Assembly (NCBI RefSeq): GCF_006345805.1
Contig: NC_043005.1
Span: 43,772,001-43,836,000 of the forward strand
DNA length: 64,000 bases
Reading direction: 5' to 3'
Source: Octopus sinensis
Taxonomy: Eukaryota
Position 1 is the stretch's first letter, and the number at the start of each line of letters is the position of its first letter. A program made the translations under genes and the position numbers. Positions 52,489-64,000 of this stretch are shown here, one piece after another. The notes below the pieces were generated by a model. The model saw only the letters and a list, made by a program, of their open reading frames with translations. It was not told where the DNA came from and did not search any database.

Positions 52489-52736
52489 TAGCAATGCACC
52501 CCACCATTCTATGGGTGTTATGACCTACAGCCACACTGTATTATTTGTTATTTTCTCTTTCCTATGAGCAGAATCAGCATATAAGGAGTATGAAGCAAAC
52601 AATTCTTCTTTATAAACATGTGTTTTGGGTCATTTTCTGATGAACAACACTGCAGTTACCATTTACCAAATTCAGTCACAACTCTGTGGTTGGCCTACGG
52701 TTGTAGTAGAAAGCACTTGCCCAAGGTACCATGCAG

Positions 52737-53085
52737 GTATTGCTGAAATAGATCATGATACATGTGGAATTGATTTGATTGTTCTGTTCTGAACATCAGT
52801 TGGTAAGAATAGAAGTCATTTGATGATACCTTTCCATTTGTAATTGGCTCTCCTGTTGCAGGTTTAATCTGTTGAATATTGAAATAATAGCCATCTTGTC
52901 CATTTCACAGAATAAGAGGATACTGGAGTGCATCATAAGAGGGATGAGTCTCTGATACACATTTAAGGTTGTGATCTTAAGCACGAATGAGAATATCACA
53001 ATTTTCATGGGGATCACCTACCATAAGAATGGCTACTTCATTAGATGTGGGCTCATTAAAATGACGTAAAATGTCCTTTACTATA
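52737..53085 (-). mobile_element. Helitron Rep/helicase gene fragment (pseudogene)
   Basis: FNEPTSNEVAILMVGD...SETHPSYDALQYPLIL*NGQDGYYFNI...KVSSNDFYSYQLMFR...DLFQQY matches the Helitron N-terminal Rep-region pattern YDALQYPL...FYxYRLMIR...LFQQY. Confidence 0.85.
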
Positions 53086-54535
53086 GTTTATTATAGACGT
53101 AATGAACAAGGAAACACACACACTTATAGAATTGATAATATTGAAAACAGCAAAATGTACAAACACAAAGTTCAAGCAGAATGAAATGTAGTCAATATAG
53201 GTGCAAAATATATTTTCTGTAGTATAGTTATGCTATAAAAATTTTTTTTAGGGAATATTTCCAAAAGAAGTATTCCAGCATCAGAAAGTCACCAATTTAG
53301 CAAAAATTACTCTGCGTCACCAATATAACAACGTACAGAAAGTCAACATTTATTTGGAACATGTACTAAATGTTATAAAATTCAGGATTGAATGTCATGA
53401 TGAAGAAAGTCAAGCTCCAAGAAAAGTCAGAAGGCATAATTCAATTATTCATACAAAAATAATTTATCATTTTATAATTTTTAAATGAACGCAGAACAAA
53501 GTGTGCACAAAGGAATATGTTGCTGTTGCGAACATTAATTAATTTAAAACAGGATGTAGGTAGCAAGACATAAATTAATTTAACATCACTTACTATATAT
53601 TTTAACTGTGTAAGGTTATAGGCTGTAGAATAAATACTGACTAATGCAATAAAAAGGCTGCATGGCATTGAATACTAACGTTGTTAAAGCATCATAGCAG
53701 GAATATAAGGATGCTAGGACTGTTAAGAAAGCATTATCTTCAAACTGTTTATAAGGAGTGGAATAACATTTCTGTCATTATATTGAAAGAGCCACTAAGG
53801 CTTTCTAATTTGCCAAGTTTCCGAATTTTTATAATAACCAGAATAAAATTCTTTTTACAGATATATTTGCTCGTATTGTGAGTGCTGTGATGTCAGCCAA
53901 ATCTTCATACTGGTTATAAAAACTGGAAATAATATTTCAACACATAAGTAGGGATAATTGTTAATGCTGTTTAAACCACAATTCTCCCTGATTAAAAAGA
54001 AAATCCAAACAGTGGTACTTCAAAGTGAACGCTGATGTGCATTCAACATCCATGCCACTAATAAACTAAACTCTTTCAAAATTGGCGAATTTCACTATTG
54101 GTTGGTACATTCACGTACATATACTAAGACAGACACACAGACATACATTCTTGCACACCTTGAGCCTATCTCTGTCCCTCTGTGTGTCTGTCTCTGCCTT
54201 TAGATGTGTGTATGTGTGTGTGTCAGTTGTCACAAAAATGTATGTATACTGACAGACACATACACCCTCACATACACTCACACACATATACTTCTCAGTC
54301 ATCGGCCTAACATACGTAACAAATGCACAAACACACACACTGACAGACACATATATGCTCATATAGAAAATGTGATGTGATGGTGGCATAAAATTTCTTT
54401 TATGATAGTTGACTTTTAGAAAGATTACAATGTAAAATTTTTGTAATGTAAATATGTAAATGAAAATAAAGTTTATTTGGTAGCTGAAAGATTACTGAAT
54501 TTTTTGGTACCCCATACATCAAGATTGTAGAGTCA

Positions 54536-54830
54536 CATGGCTTAGTGGTTAGAGCAGTGGACTTGCAATCGAGGGATCATGGGTTTGAATCTCAGACCGA
54601 GCTATGTGTGTTTATGACTGAAACACCTAAGCTCTACACAGTTCAAGCAGAAGGTAATGCCAAACTTCTGCTGACTCTTTCACCACAACTTTCTCTCACT
54701 CTTTCCTCCTGCATCAAGCAGCTCACCTGCGACAGACTGGCGTCCCATCCAGGTGGGGAACCTATATGCCAAGGAAACTGGGAAACTGGCCCTTATGAAC
54801 CAGGTATGGTTTGTGAAGGAACAAACATAA
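54536..54830 (+). mobile_element. tRNA-derived SINE family D
   Basis: atggcttagtggttagagc A-box, gggtttgaatctc B-box, ctgcgacagactggcgtcccatccagg domain. Confidence 0.75.
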
Positions 54831-54881
54831 TATATGTCAAATTCCGAATGCATAAGGAACATATGCACACACACACATGCA

Positions 54882-54917
<36 letters not shown>

Positions 54918-54927
54918 TACACACACA

Positions 54928-55007
<80 letters not shown>

Positions 55008-55024
55008 CTGCTTTACATATATAT

Positions 55025-55573
55025 ATTAGCAAAATGTCCCCCGTCCAATGGACGGTGCTGAATCATATCTGCTGAATAAAAAGCAATCAGTGTTTTCTTT
55101 TCATTAAAAAGTAATTAAGCATGCCTTTATTTCAATAAAATTTTGGGTTTTGTTAAATGAAGTTAAGGCAAAAAAAAAACTTCTTGAGAAACCAAATAGT
55201 CTTTCCTTCCTTCATACCAAGTTTGAAGAAAATATTTCTTTTGCATCTTACTTTTTTGGTCTCTTAAATATACTGCATTTTGAGGCATTATTTCAAGCCA
55301 GCCAGCTTTCTTTGCGCAAACTGCACATGCATTTTTCTCTATGCGTAGTATTGATCGCAACAGCTAATGTACTTATGCATACAAATGCATGTTCCCACAG
55401 CTTTATCGATTGCATTCCCACCTGGAATCGATTTTTGTAATTTTTTCAAGACTTATACATGCCCTGATACCGTCGGTATCTACATACCAAATTTGAGCGC
55501 AATCAGATGGAGGATGCCTGAGATCCTAGAAGACACACACACAGACAGACAGAACAGATTTTATATAATAGAT
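55025..55573 (+). mobile_element. Helentron-associated non-autonomous element (HINE-like)
   Basis: 5' attagc plus hairpin ccgtcc-aat-ggacgg (55041-55055); 3' acagacagacagaacagattttatataatagat. Confidence 0.65.
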
Positions 55574-57232
55574 GATTACAATGTTCATGTTCCTCCCTTT
55601 TATTCAGACAGATGGGTGACAGTAATAGATTGGAAAAGTTGTTACATCAGGTAATTACAAATAACTTTTACCTGACAGAAACCTGGGTTACTGCTAATAT
55701 AACAACTCTAAATAATAGTGAAGTGATTTTTATTGTAACTTCGTATTTCAAATAAGACATTCTTGGCTAGAGGGCCATGATTTCAAATACAACGTTAAAT
55801 ACTACTTTATGTACCTCAGGCAAGTGTCACTTGATTTACCTGGGCAAAGGTTTAATCTTTAAATAAGGTATTGTCACACTGATAAGGGGTTCTTAATCTT
55901 TGCGACTGAGGATCAAATAAAAATGAAGTTACTGCTTTTCTTTGCCTAAAATGTTTTAAATGAAAATATATTTTAAAAAATTGAGAAGAAACATATTTCA
56001 ACTATTAATTATCTTGTTTAATTAACCATAATTAGGTGTAACAAAATTTCCGATAACATGTTTCTGAAAATAGATTTTCTAAAGCCTTAAACCCTTTAAC
56101 TTTCAGATTACTCTTTCAAATGAAATGCTTATTTATTTACATTGGCTTGAATTAACCATCCACTATCTTGTTGCTTCAGAATATGACATTGTAGGGTAGG
56201 TGTGAGAGGCCGGATCTGGTCAGTTTGAACATATAAGAGGTAGAATATTTTGGCTGAATATGGTCGGTTTAGATGCTAAAGGGTTAAACTATGTTAGTAT
56301 TCAGATTTCTTTGTCAAATGTAATACTTATTTATTCACATTGTTTTGAACTAATCATATATTATCTCATAGTGTCAAACATTTTAATGATGTGATTTTGT
56401 TTTATTTTTAAAATGACATTGTAGGGTAGATGTGAAAGACAGGATATGGTGAGTTTGAACATAAAAAATCATCATCATTTAACAACTATTGCAGATCACA
56501 AGTTACTGTTAGAGTCAGTGAGGGAAATAGATTTTAGGGATTAGGTATATGCTAAGGTCTTTGAGGCTGGGGTTGGAAATGAGTGGGGATTTGACTCTAT
56601 AACTCCACAACCTCTTGGGAGCAGAGAAATAGGTGAATGCCATTTCCCTTCTAACCTACATCATTTCCATCACTGGCAATGGTACACCACTTAAGAATCT
56701 CTGGTATTGAGACTACAGGACAGTGCTGTCTTAAGGCATAGCCACACGAAGCTGTTGCCCAGGAGCCCTCAGGGACCTAGGAGTTGAATTCATATCTATG
56801 TATGCTGTGGCTTACTGTCAATAAATAAATAAATGTTACAGGACTCAGTAGATTGATTGCTTGAGGGCTTACAAATGTTGCTAAGAGGGCCTTGCTACTG
56901 GTTGATGAATGAAATCCAACTACAGCCATGGTAGTCGTTTCTTAAGCAAGATATTTAGCTTTTCTAGCAATGCTCAAATTCTATATTAAGAAATCATTTT
57001 TCGTCACATAGGCATGTAATTTCATATAATTTAAAGACAATTCAAGAGCAATATTGTAGCAGTCAGGTTTTTTTAAAGAATATAGCTTTTGTTTATCCCA
57101 TTTCCAATCTTCTGAGTTCATAAGTTATATTACTAAAATATAGTTAATCCATCAGATAATAGAACCCTCTTCACAAACTCCAATTCATTCAAAATTTATT
57201 TCTGTATGATTTCTGCTACACCATATGCATGT

Positions 57233-57300
57233 GGGCATATGGCGTAGTGGTTAAGAGTGCGAGCTACTGACCCCAAGATTCCAAGATTGATCTCAGGCAG
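57233..57300 (+). mobile_element. tRNA-like SINE head
   Basis: gggcatatggcgtagtggttaagagtgcg (A-box), degenerate B-box aagattgatctcagg. Confidence 0.55.
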
Positions 57301-57304
57301 TGAC

Positions 57305-57530
57305 CTGTATCATTTCATTTTATCTAGTTTCAGCTCATGAGCTGTGGCCATGCTGGGGAACCACCATTCGGTCTTGCTACATGATTTTACTTCACGAATG
57401 CTTTTTAGCAATTGACATTTGGTGCATGAGAGAGTTTGATGCAGCTGCCCTCATCTGAACCTCCTGCCATGAAGTTGGTTCATCTGGGACACCTGACAGG
57501 AAGAGGTCCAGCTTTATTTTTAAAATATGA
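57305..57530 (-). mobile_element. 3' end of an L2/Crack/Daphne-like LINE (ORF end plus 3'UTR)
   Basis: KIKLDLFLSGVPDEPTSWQEVQMRAAASNSLMHQMSIAKKHS*, then ...ccccagcatggccacagctcatgagctgaaactag. Confidence 0.7.
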
Positions 57531-57624
57531 TAATAATAATAATAATAATAATAATATAATAATAATAATAATAACATCGAAAAATATCTTAGGAATGAGA
57601 ACCCAGGTTCGAAATTTCCCCCAA

Positions 57625-57670
57625 GACACGTGATGAAGGCTGGAGGGTATATCAGCTGAAACATGTTAAC
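57625..57670 (+). ncRNA. Degenerate hammerhead motif (C3->G)
   Basis: gacac g-UGAUGA a ggctg-gagggtatat-cagct GAAA catgtt; stem II 5 bp. Confidence 0.4.
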
Positions 57671-57770
57671 AACAAACAAGATGATGACAAATATTTATCA
57701 AATGTAAATAATGTAAATAATGTACATAATTCCTCATCTCTTAAATATAGAACCTGATACACAGATAGAC

Positions 57771-57870
<100 letters not shown>

Positions 57871-58402
57871 GAAACAGGTAGTTGGACAATGTAAGAAATT
57901 ACAACAGATAAATAAAAATTCAAAAGGTGGGAGACAAAATGTGAATATATAAAATGAATGGACATGAAATGCTGCACACAGTGAATTGTACACAAAAAAG
58001 AAAAAGAAGAGAAGAAAAGTAGAGTGATGTTTCGGTTGAACCCTTTGTTGAAGTAGAGGATGAAAAAAATAAACCAGAGAAAGCAAAACAAGAAATGATA
58101 GTTGTTTAAAGCACGAGTGCCTCTCTCTGGTATATCTTGTAGAATATATATATATTTATATATATATATATATATAATTAAATATATATATGTATGTATA
58201 ATTAAATATATATGTATGTATATATATATATATATATATACACATATATATATATACATGTATATACATATAATTAAATATATATATATAATTAAAATAA
58301 TGGGTTTTTTCTTGAGAACATACTCTTTGTGGTAAGGCGATATGACGTCTATCTCTAGCGCATAGGAATCCACTTTAGTGGTCATTCCTCTTATTAATTG
58401 TA

Positions 58403-58455
<53 letters not shown>

Positions 58456-59261
58456 GACACATATATGTATATACATACATACATATTTGTGCATGTGTTT
58501 GTGCATGTGTTCATGCATGTGTGTGTGCATTTTTGTGTGTGTGTGTGTTTGTAGAATACATGTGTGTGTGTGTGTGTGTGCATATGTTTGTATGTGTATG
58601 TGGGTGTGAGTATAGAATATATATGTGCACACGTCTGCATGTGTGGGAGTATGTGTGTGTTTGCATGAGTGTGTCTGTCTGTCTGTCTGTCTGGCTAGCT
58701 GCCTGCCTGCCTGCCGGTGTGCTGTGTGTGTGTGTATGTGTGTGTGTGTGAGTTCAGATTTACAGACATGATGTGTAGAGAATATATCTTGTTTAAATTA
58801 TATAATTGTTAAATTAACAGTGACCTGGATTTCTGCCGAGTGAAAGCTGTTTGAAATTAGCTGAGGTTACGCCTTTCCAGTCTACCACTGTCACCCATCT
58901 GTCTAAAACATGAAAAAAAAACATAAGGAAAAACGATACATTAGACATTGTAGTCATATATATATGTGTGTGTATACACACACACACACACACACACATA
59001 CACACACACACACACACACATACACACACGCATGCACACACATGCACACACACACACACACACACACATACACACATATATTAAGCCTGAAAAACAGGCA
59101 GGTCGGTCACAGTTGGAATGATCTGGTTCATAGGCTTACTCAGTCGGAGCTAGCCTGGGGTTAAATAACAACAACTGCTATATCTGTGAGAAGGGATAAA
59201 TGAAAGAAGTATACGTATGCATGTGCACACACACACACACACACATACATGCATGCACGCA

Positions 59262-59292
<31 letters not shown>

Positions 59293-59494
59293 CACACTCA
59301 TACATTCATTTAATAAATTTGCAAACACTTTAGGAGTTACTCTTGGGCTTCAAGTGATGTGTGTGTGTCTATGTTTATGGGTGTGTGTGAGTATATATGT
59401 TTGTGTGCGTGTGTGTGTGTGCATGCATGCATGCATGTGTGTTTAGGCACAATACACATAATAAACTTTTATATTTTCCCCAAAAAAATATATA

Positions 59495-59904
59495 CTCCTT
59501 TACTCTTTACTCTTTTACTTGTTTCAGTCATTTGACTGAGGCCATGCTGGAGCACCGCCTTTAATCGAGCAACTCGACCCCGGGACTTATTCTTTTTGTA
59601 AGCTCAGTACTTATTCTATCGGTCTCTTTTGCCGAACCGCTAAGTAACGGGGACATAAACACACCAGCATCGGTTGTCAAGCAATGCTAGGTGGACAAAC
59701 ACAGACACACAAACAAACACATACTTATATATATATACATATATACGACAGGCTTCTTTCAGTTTCCATCTACCAAATCCACTCACAAGGCATTGGTTGG
59801 CCCGGAGCTATAGCAGAAGACACTTGCCCAAGATGCCATGCAGTGGGACTGAACCCGGAACCATGTAGTTGGTTAGCAAGCTACCTACCACACAGCCACT
59901 CCTG

Positions 59905-59973
<69 letters not shown>

Positions 59974-60185
59974 GCTCTTTTGCTCTTTTACTTCTTTCAA
60001 TCATTTGACTGTGGCCATGCTGGAGCACCACTTTTAGTTGAGCAAATCGACTCCAGGACTTATTCTTTGTAAGCCCAGTACCTATTCTATTGGTCTCTTT
60101 TGCCGAACCACTAAGTTACGGGGACGTAAACACACCAGCATCAGTTGTCAAGCGATGTGGGGGGGGGTGACAAACACAAACACAC
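59495..60185 (-). mobile_element. Two adjacent SINE family A copies (59495-59905 full; 59975-60185 3' half)
   Basis: Both are reverse-complement matches to the consensus, separated by (TA)n. Confidence 0.85.
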
Positions 60186-60187
60186 AA

Positions 60188-60224
<37 letters not shown>

Positions 60225-60355
60225 TGTGCATATGCACACACACATATGCACAACACACCCAATCACATAAAAACACACATATACATGCATAGATATTCTG
60301 CAGATTTGTGATTAAGGCCTGCTCATTCCATCTTCTTTTATTAATTTATATATAC

Positions 60356-60753
60356 ACTAGCAGTATCGCCCGGCGTTGCTCGGGTTTGTAAGGGAAATAA
60401 CTATATAAGCATTTTTAGAGAGTTATAGCCAAAAAATAGCAAAAAAATGCATTAAAAATAGAAAAAAATTATGGTAAATTTTTTTTTAAATCGTTGACTC
60501 ATCGTAGACATTTTTAGAGAGTTACTTCCCTTATATAATAGCGAAAAAATGCATTAAAATGGAAAAAAATGATGGTAAATTTTTTTTAAATCGTAGACTC
60601 ATCGTAGACACGTGCTAATACCCAGAAGGGTTCGATATGAATCACGACTATAAGATACCCGGTTTTGGTTAAACTGCACCGCAAAATGTGGGAGTAGTTA
60701 GGAATCTAAATCGTTGGAGACAGACACACAACCTCTCTTTTATATATAAAGAT
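60356..60753 (+). mobile_element. Helentron-associated non-autonomous element with an internal ~105-bp duplication
   Basis: 5' actagcagtatcg cccgg-cgttg-ctcggg hairpin; 3' cagacacacaacctctcttttatatataaagat; duplicated catttttagagagtta...tcatcgtaga. Confidence 0.75.
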
Positions 60754-61247
60754 ATACATGTGTGTGTGCATGTGTGTACATATAGATACACATACATGCA
60801 TGCATGCATACATACATACATACATACATACATGCATACATGTAGGCATACATATATTTATTATATACATGCATTTGTGCACTCTGTCGGCTTGATATCA
60901 TGTGGTGATTGCATCACCATCATCTGGGTGGTGTTGTTTGGTTCCAGTCTTCCATGACAAGTATGCCTGGACAAATGAAAATATTGCCTTACCAGGAAAC
61001 AGATAAGGTATGGGCACATAAAGTGCATCAGGCCACAGAAAAATCAGCATTAACAAAATTTCATCTCCTGATTCTGACACACGTCTTGCATGGTAGCAAG
61101 ATATGGGTCTTGATTGCAGTTGATGTGTGAAGACTAGAAAGTCATTAACCTGGCATGCTCTGTTGAATACAGAATGTGAGTATGAGTGAACAGCAAAGGA
61201 TAAATTAGGCATAAGGGGTGGTGAGAATGAAAGAATGAAGATAGTCT

Positions 61248-61339
61248 GCCCGCATAGCTCAGTCGGTAGTGCATTAGACTTTTATAGGTCAACCTTAGAA
61301 GTAATCTGAGGGTCGCAGGTTCGAGTCCCTCTGCGAGCG
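61248..61339 (+). tRNA. tRNA-Lys(UUU) with a 19-nt intron at 37/38 (61285-61303); probably a decaying copy
   Basis: GCCCGCATAGCTCAGTCGGTAGTGCATTAGACTTTTA-[taggtcaaccttagaagta]-ATCTGAGGGTCGCAGGTTCGAGTCCCTCTGCGAGCG; 73 nt plus intron; mismatches in acceptor (1), D (1) and T (2) stems. Confidence 0.85.
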
Positions 61340-61346
61340 TATGATC

Positions 61347-61353
61347 TTTTTTT
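61347..61353 (+). terminator. Pol III terminator (T7)
   Basis: ttttttt starting 8 nt after the tRNA discriminator base. Confidence 0.7.
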
Positions 61354-61354
61354 A

Positions 61355-61527
61355 GGTGTAGGTGTAGCTGGGTGGTAAGTAGTTTGCTTAAGAACCACAT
61401 GGCTCCAGGTTCAGTCCCACTTCATGGCACATTGGGCAAGTGTCTTCTACTATAGCCTTGGGCCAACAAAAGCCTTGTGAGTGGATTTGATAGACGGAAA
61501 CTGAAAGAAACCCATCGTATATATGTA

Positions 61528-61593
<66 letters not shown>

Positions 61594-61815
61594 TGTATAT
61601 GTTTTGTGTGTCTGTGTTTGTCCCCCCAACATCGTTTGACAACTGATGATGGTGTGTTTACATCCCCATAACTTAGTGGTTTGGCAAAAGACACCAATAG
61701 AATAAGTACTAGGCTTACAAAGAATAAGTCCTGGGGTCGATTTGCTTGACCAAAAAAAAAGAGCAGTGCTCCAGCATGGCCACAGTCACATGACTGAAAC
61801 AAGTAAAAGAGATAA
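61355..61815 (+). mobile_element. SINE family A
   Basis: Full consensus directly after the tRNA terminator. Confidence 0.88.
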
Positions 61816-62399
61816 AAGAAAAAAGAGATAGTACTGGTCTGGACATGCAATACATATGGATGAGTACAGCTAAATAAAAGTGTGCTAACACTCCATATGG
61901 ATGAAAACTGTGAAAAAGGGAGAATCAGAAAAACTTAAGACGAAACAAGTGAAGACTGATCTCGGGACATTGAACTCCACAGAAGAAATGACGAAAGAGT
62001 GGAATGATTAATGGCAATATGAGTTGCTGAAGAAGACTTGCCCATCTCTTGAAACTAAATCTGGAAGTGCAAAATTAATATTGGGTTGGCCAAAAGTTTG
62101 TCTGCTTTTTTAAGGGAAAATAAAATACAAATTTTATTGTTGCCATTGTTGCTGTTGTCAGCAGATATGGTGACAATAATGGTAGAGGTAATGGTGCTGG
62201 AAACAGCAACACTTCAAACAGCAGAGACAATAATACCAACCGTTGCAATAGCAGCAACAGCACCAATCTTGTGGCTGGAAATGGCTGCTATGTTAGCAAC
62301 AGCGGAACCACAAGAATCACGTCCAGGAATATCAATACCAGCAGCAACTCCAGCTACAATGATGACAACATCAGATCTGGAGTTAATGAAATAAATATT

Positions 62400-62720
62400 G
62401 GCATTGGTAGCACATCCAATACATAACACACAAAAATATGTTGGTTCAACCACGCCCCCATTTAAGCAACATCTGAACAATCCCAAGTTCTCTTTTAGGA
62501 TACCAGAAAAGTGCAACTTCACATCCCTGGCCAGTCACATAAGGCACTTAAAAGAGAAAAATAGGAAGGAACCCCATACATAATTAAATGGAAGCTCTTT
62601 GGACAACCAGGGTTTAAATAAACAGGAGCAAATGATGTAAGCTTTACTTGGCTGAGAGGACAAGAATCCTAAAAAACTCACTTGACTCAGGAACCTTTTT
62701 AAGCTCCACGAAAGAAGTAT
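62400..62720 (+). mobile_element. Degenerate PLE GIY-YIG endonuclease relic
   Basis: QKYVGSTTPPFKQHLNNPKFSFR...TSLASHIRHLKEK, then IIKWK after a frameshift (cf. YIG.T..FK.R..NH..SF...T.LS.HIW.LK...IKW). Confidence 0.7.
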
Positions 62721-63239
62721 TCAGTCAATGCCCTCATCTAAAGCATTTCCTACTTCAGACTTGGAATTCCCCATTTCTAGAATAATCCCACCATAGCTCT
62801 TTCAAATATCACCATGGTCAGAGCCGATGCAAGGGAATAACTCTGTCACACTAATCCTATCCTGCCTACAAAATTCTTTGTTTACAAAACCAACTGATTG
62901 TTAAGCATTTCTTCCTCTAGTTGTTGAGAGGTTATGCACCTTCAGCCATTTGAGTCTGGTGTATCGATTATACTGCTAAGTGCTTTATAGCTGCAAAACC
63001 AATGGTCACTCGATTACCAGCCATAAATTTTAACTTCTTAAAAAATATATTACTGCTCTAATGCTTTAGAGTATACCCCTTTTTGGGATATATGAACTAC
63101 TGCCAATATAATATATGTGTGCATATATATAAATATATATATATATATATATCCTCCATTTTCTTATTTGCTACATATATATATAAGCAATGTAAAGAAT
63201 CAACTTCAAATTGTATAAACATCCCACAAAACTTAAATC

Positions 63240-64000
63240 TAGACCAATTGTAACAAGTCTGAACTGTGAAACCTACAAGCTCAGTAATTTTTTTAGATAT
63301 ATTACTAAAAAGAAAACATATTTTAAAATAAATACCAAGTCTTGTAAGGGACACCCTCGACCTGTTAAACCACCTCTCTAAAACTGTTAACAAAGAAACC
63401 ATTATTGTATCATTTGATGTAGTAAACCTCTATACCATGATCCCACACCAATATTGACAAGAGGTAATGGGTTTCTGGCTAAAAAATTCCTTCATGAAAA
63501 TCCCAGACAGAATTTTAAAATTTTTCATCACCGAAGGACTAAAGTTCATCTTTGAAAACAACTTTTTTGAGTTTAATGACAATATTTACAAATATCTGGG
63601 ACTGCAATGGGAACAAAAGTCACTCCAATGTACACTTATTTAGTCATGGAATACGTAGAAGTCCAGATATATGAACAATGTAAATTAAAATATTGTCTGG
63701 ACTTCCATAAATATTTACTAGAAAACTGGAAACATTACTTAGATGACTGCCTAATTTTGTGGATGCACATATTTAACCAAATTATTGATTTCAAAAACCT
63801 AATTAACAGCGTAAACAGTAGTATTAACTTCACCATGAAATACGGTGAAACACAACTACCATTCCTGGACATTCTAATTATCAAATTTGACAAAAAATTT
63901 TGAAACAGACATTCATTACAAACTAACAGGATCTAAACAACACCTGCTGTTCTCATGCAATCCCAAATACACAAAGACTAATATTCGTTTTAATTGAGCA
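63240..64000 (+). mobile_element. Penelope-like element reverse transcriptase pseudogene (runs off the window)
   Basis: SRPIV...VRDTLDLL...SFDVVNLYTMIP...FENNFFEFN...GTAMGTKVTPMY...YLDDCL...INFTM...LPFLDI...ETDIHYK; frameshifts and a stop present. Confidence 0.9.

Overview
AT-rich, microsatellite-dense eukaryotic DNA whose repeats match octopus (coleoid cephalopod) genomes; this assignment is by recall of the repeat families, not a database search. No intact host protein-coding gene can be supported. Nearly all ORF-track entries are translations of (TA)n/(CA)n/(TATG)n/(GAT)n repeats or antisense frames of transposons. Mobile elements: many tRNA-derived SINEs of at least four families, a young 5'-truncated RTE LINE with a 2.4-kb modular 3'UTR array, a full-length but broken DD34D mariner, a DD37D transposase relic, several Penelope-like (PLE) RT and GIY-YIG relics, older RTE/L2-like/RLE LINE relics, a Helitron Rep fragment, Helentron-type non-autonomous elements, and piggyBac/hAT/mariner MITEs. 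The most interesting signals are non-coding. (1) At least five unrelated families of type I hammerhead ribozyme motifs, including a near-perfect tandem pair predicted to release a 589-nt monomer (retrozyme/PLE pLTR-like), a second 305-nt tandem with an inverted arm, and a two-copy family with the rare U3-A8 covariant core. (2) An intron-containing tRNA-Lys(UUU) gene or pseudogene with a textbook anticodon-intron helix and Pol III terminator. All structures were folded by eye; activity and novelty are untested.
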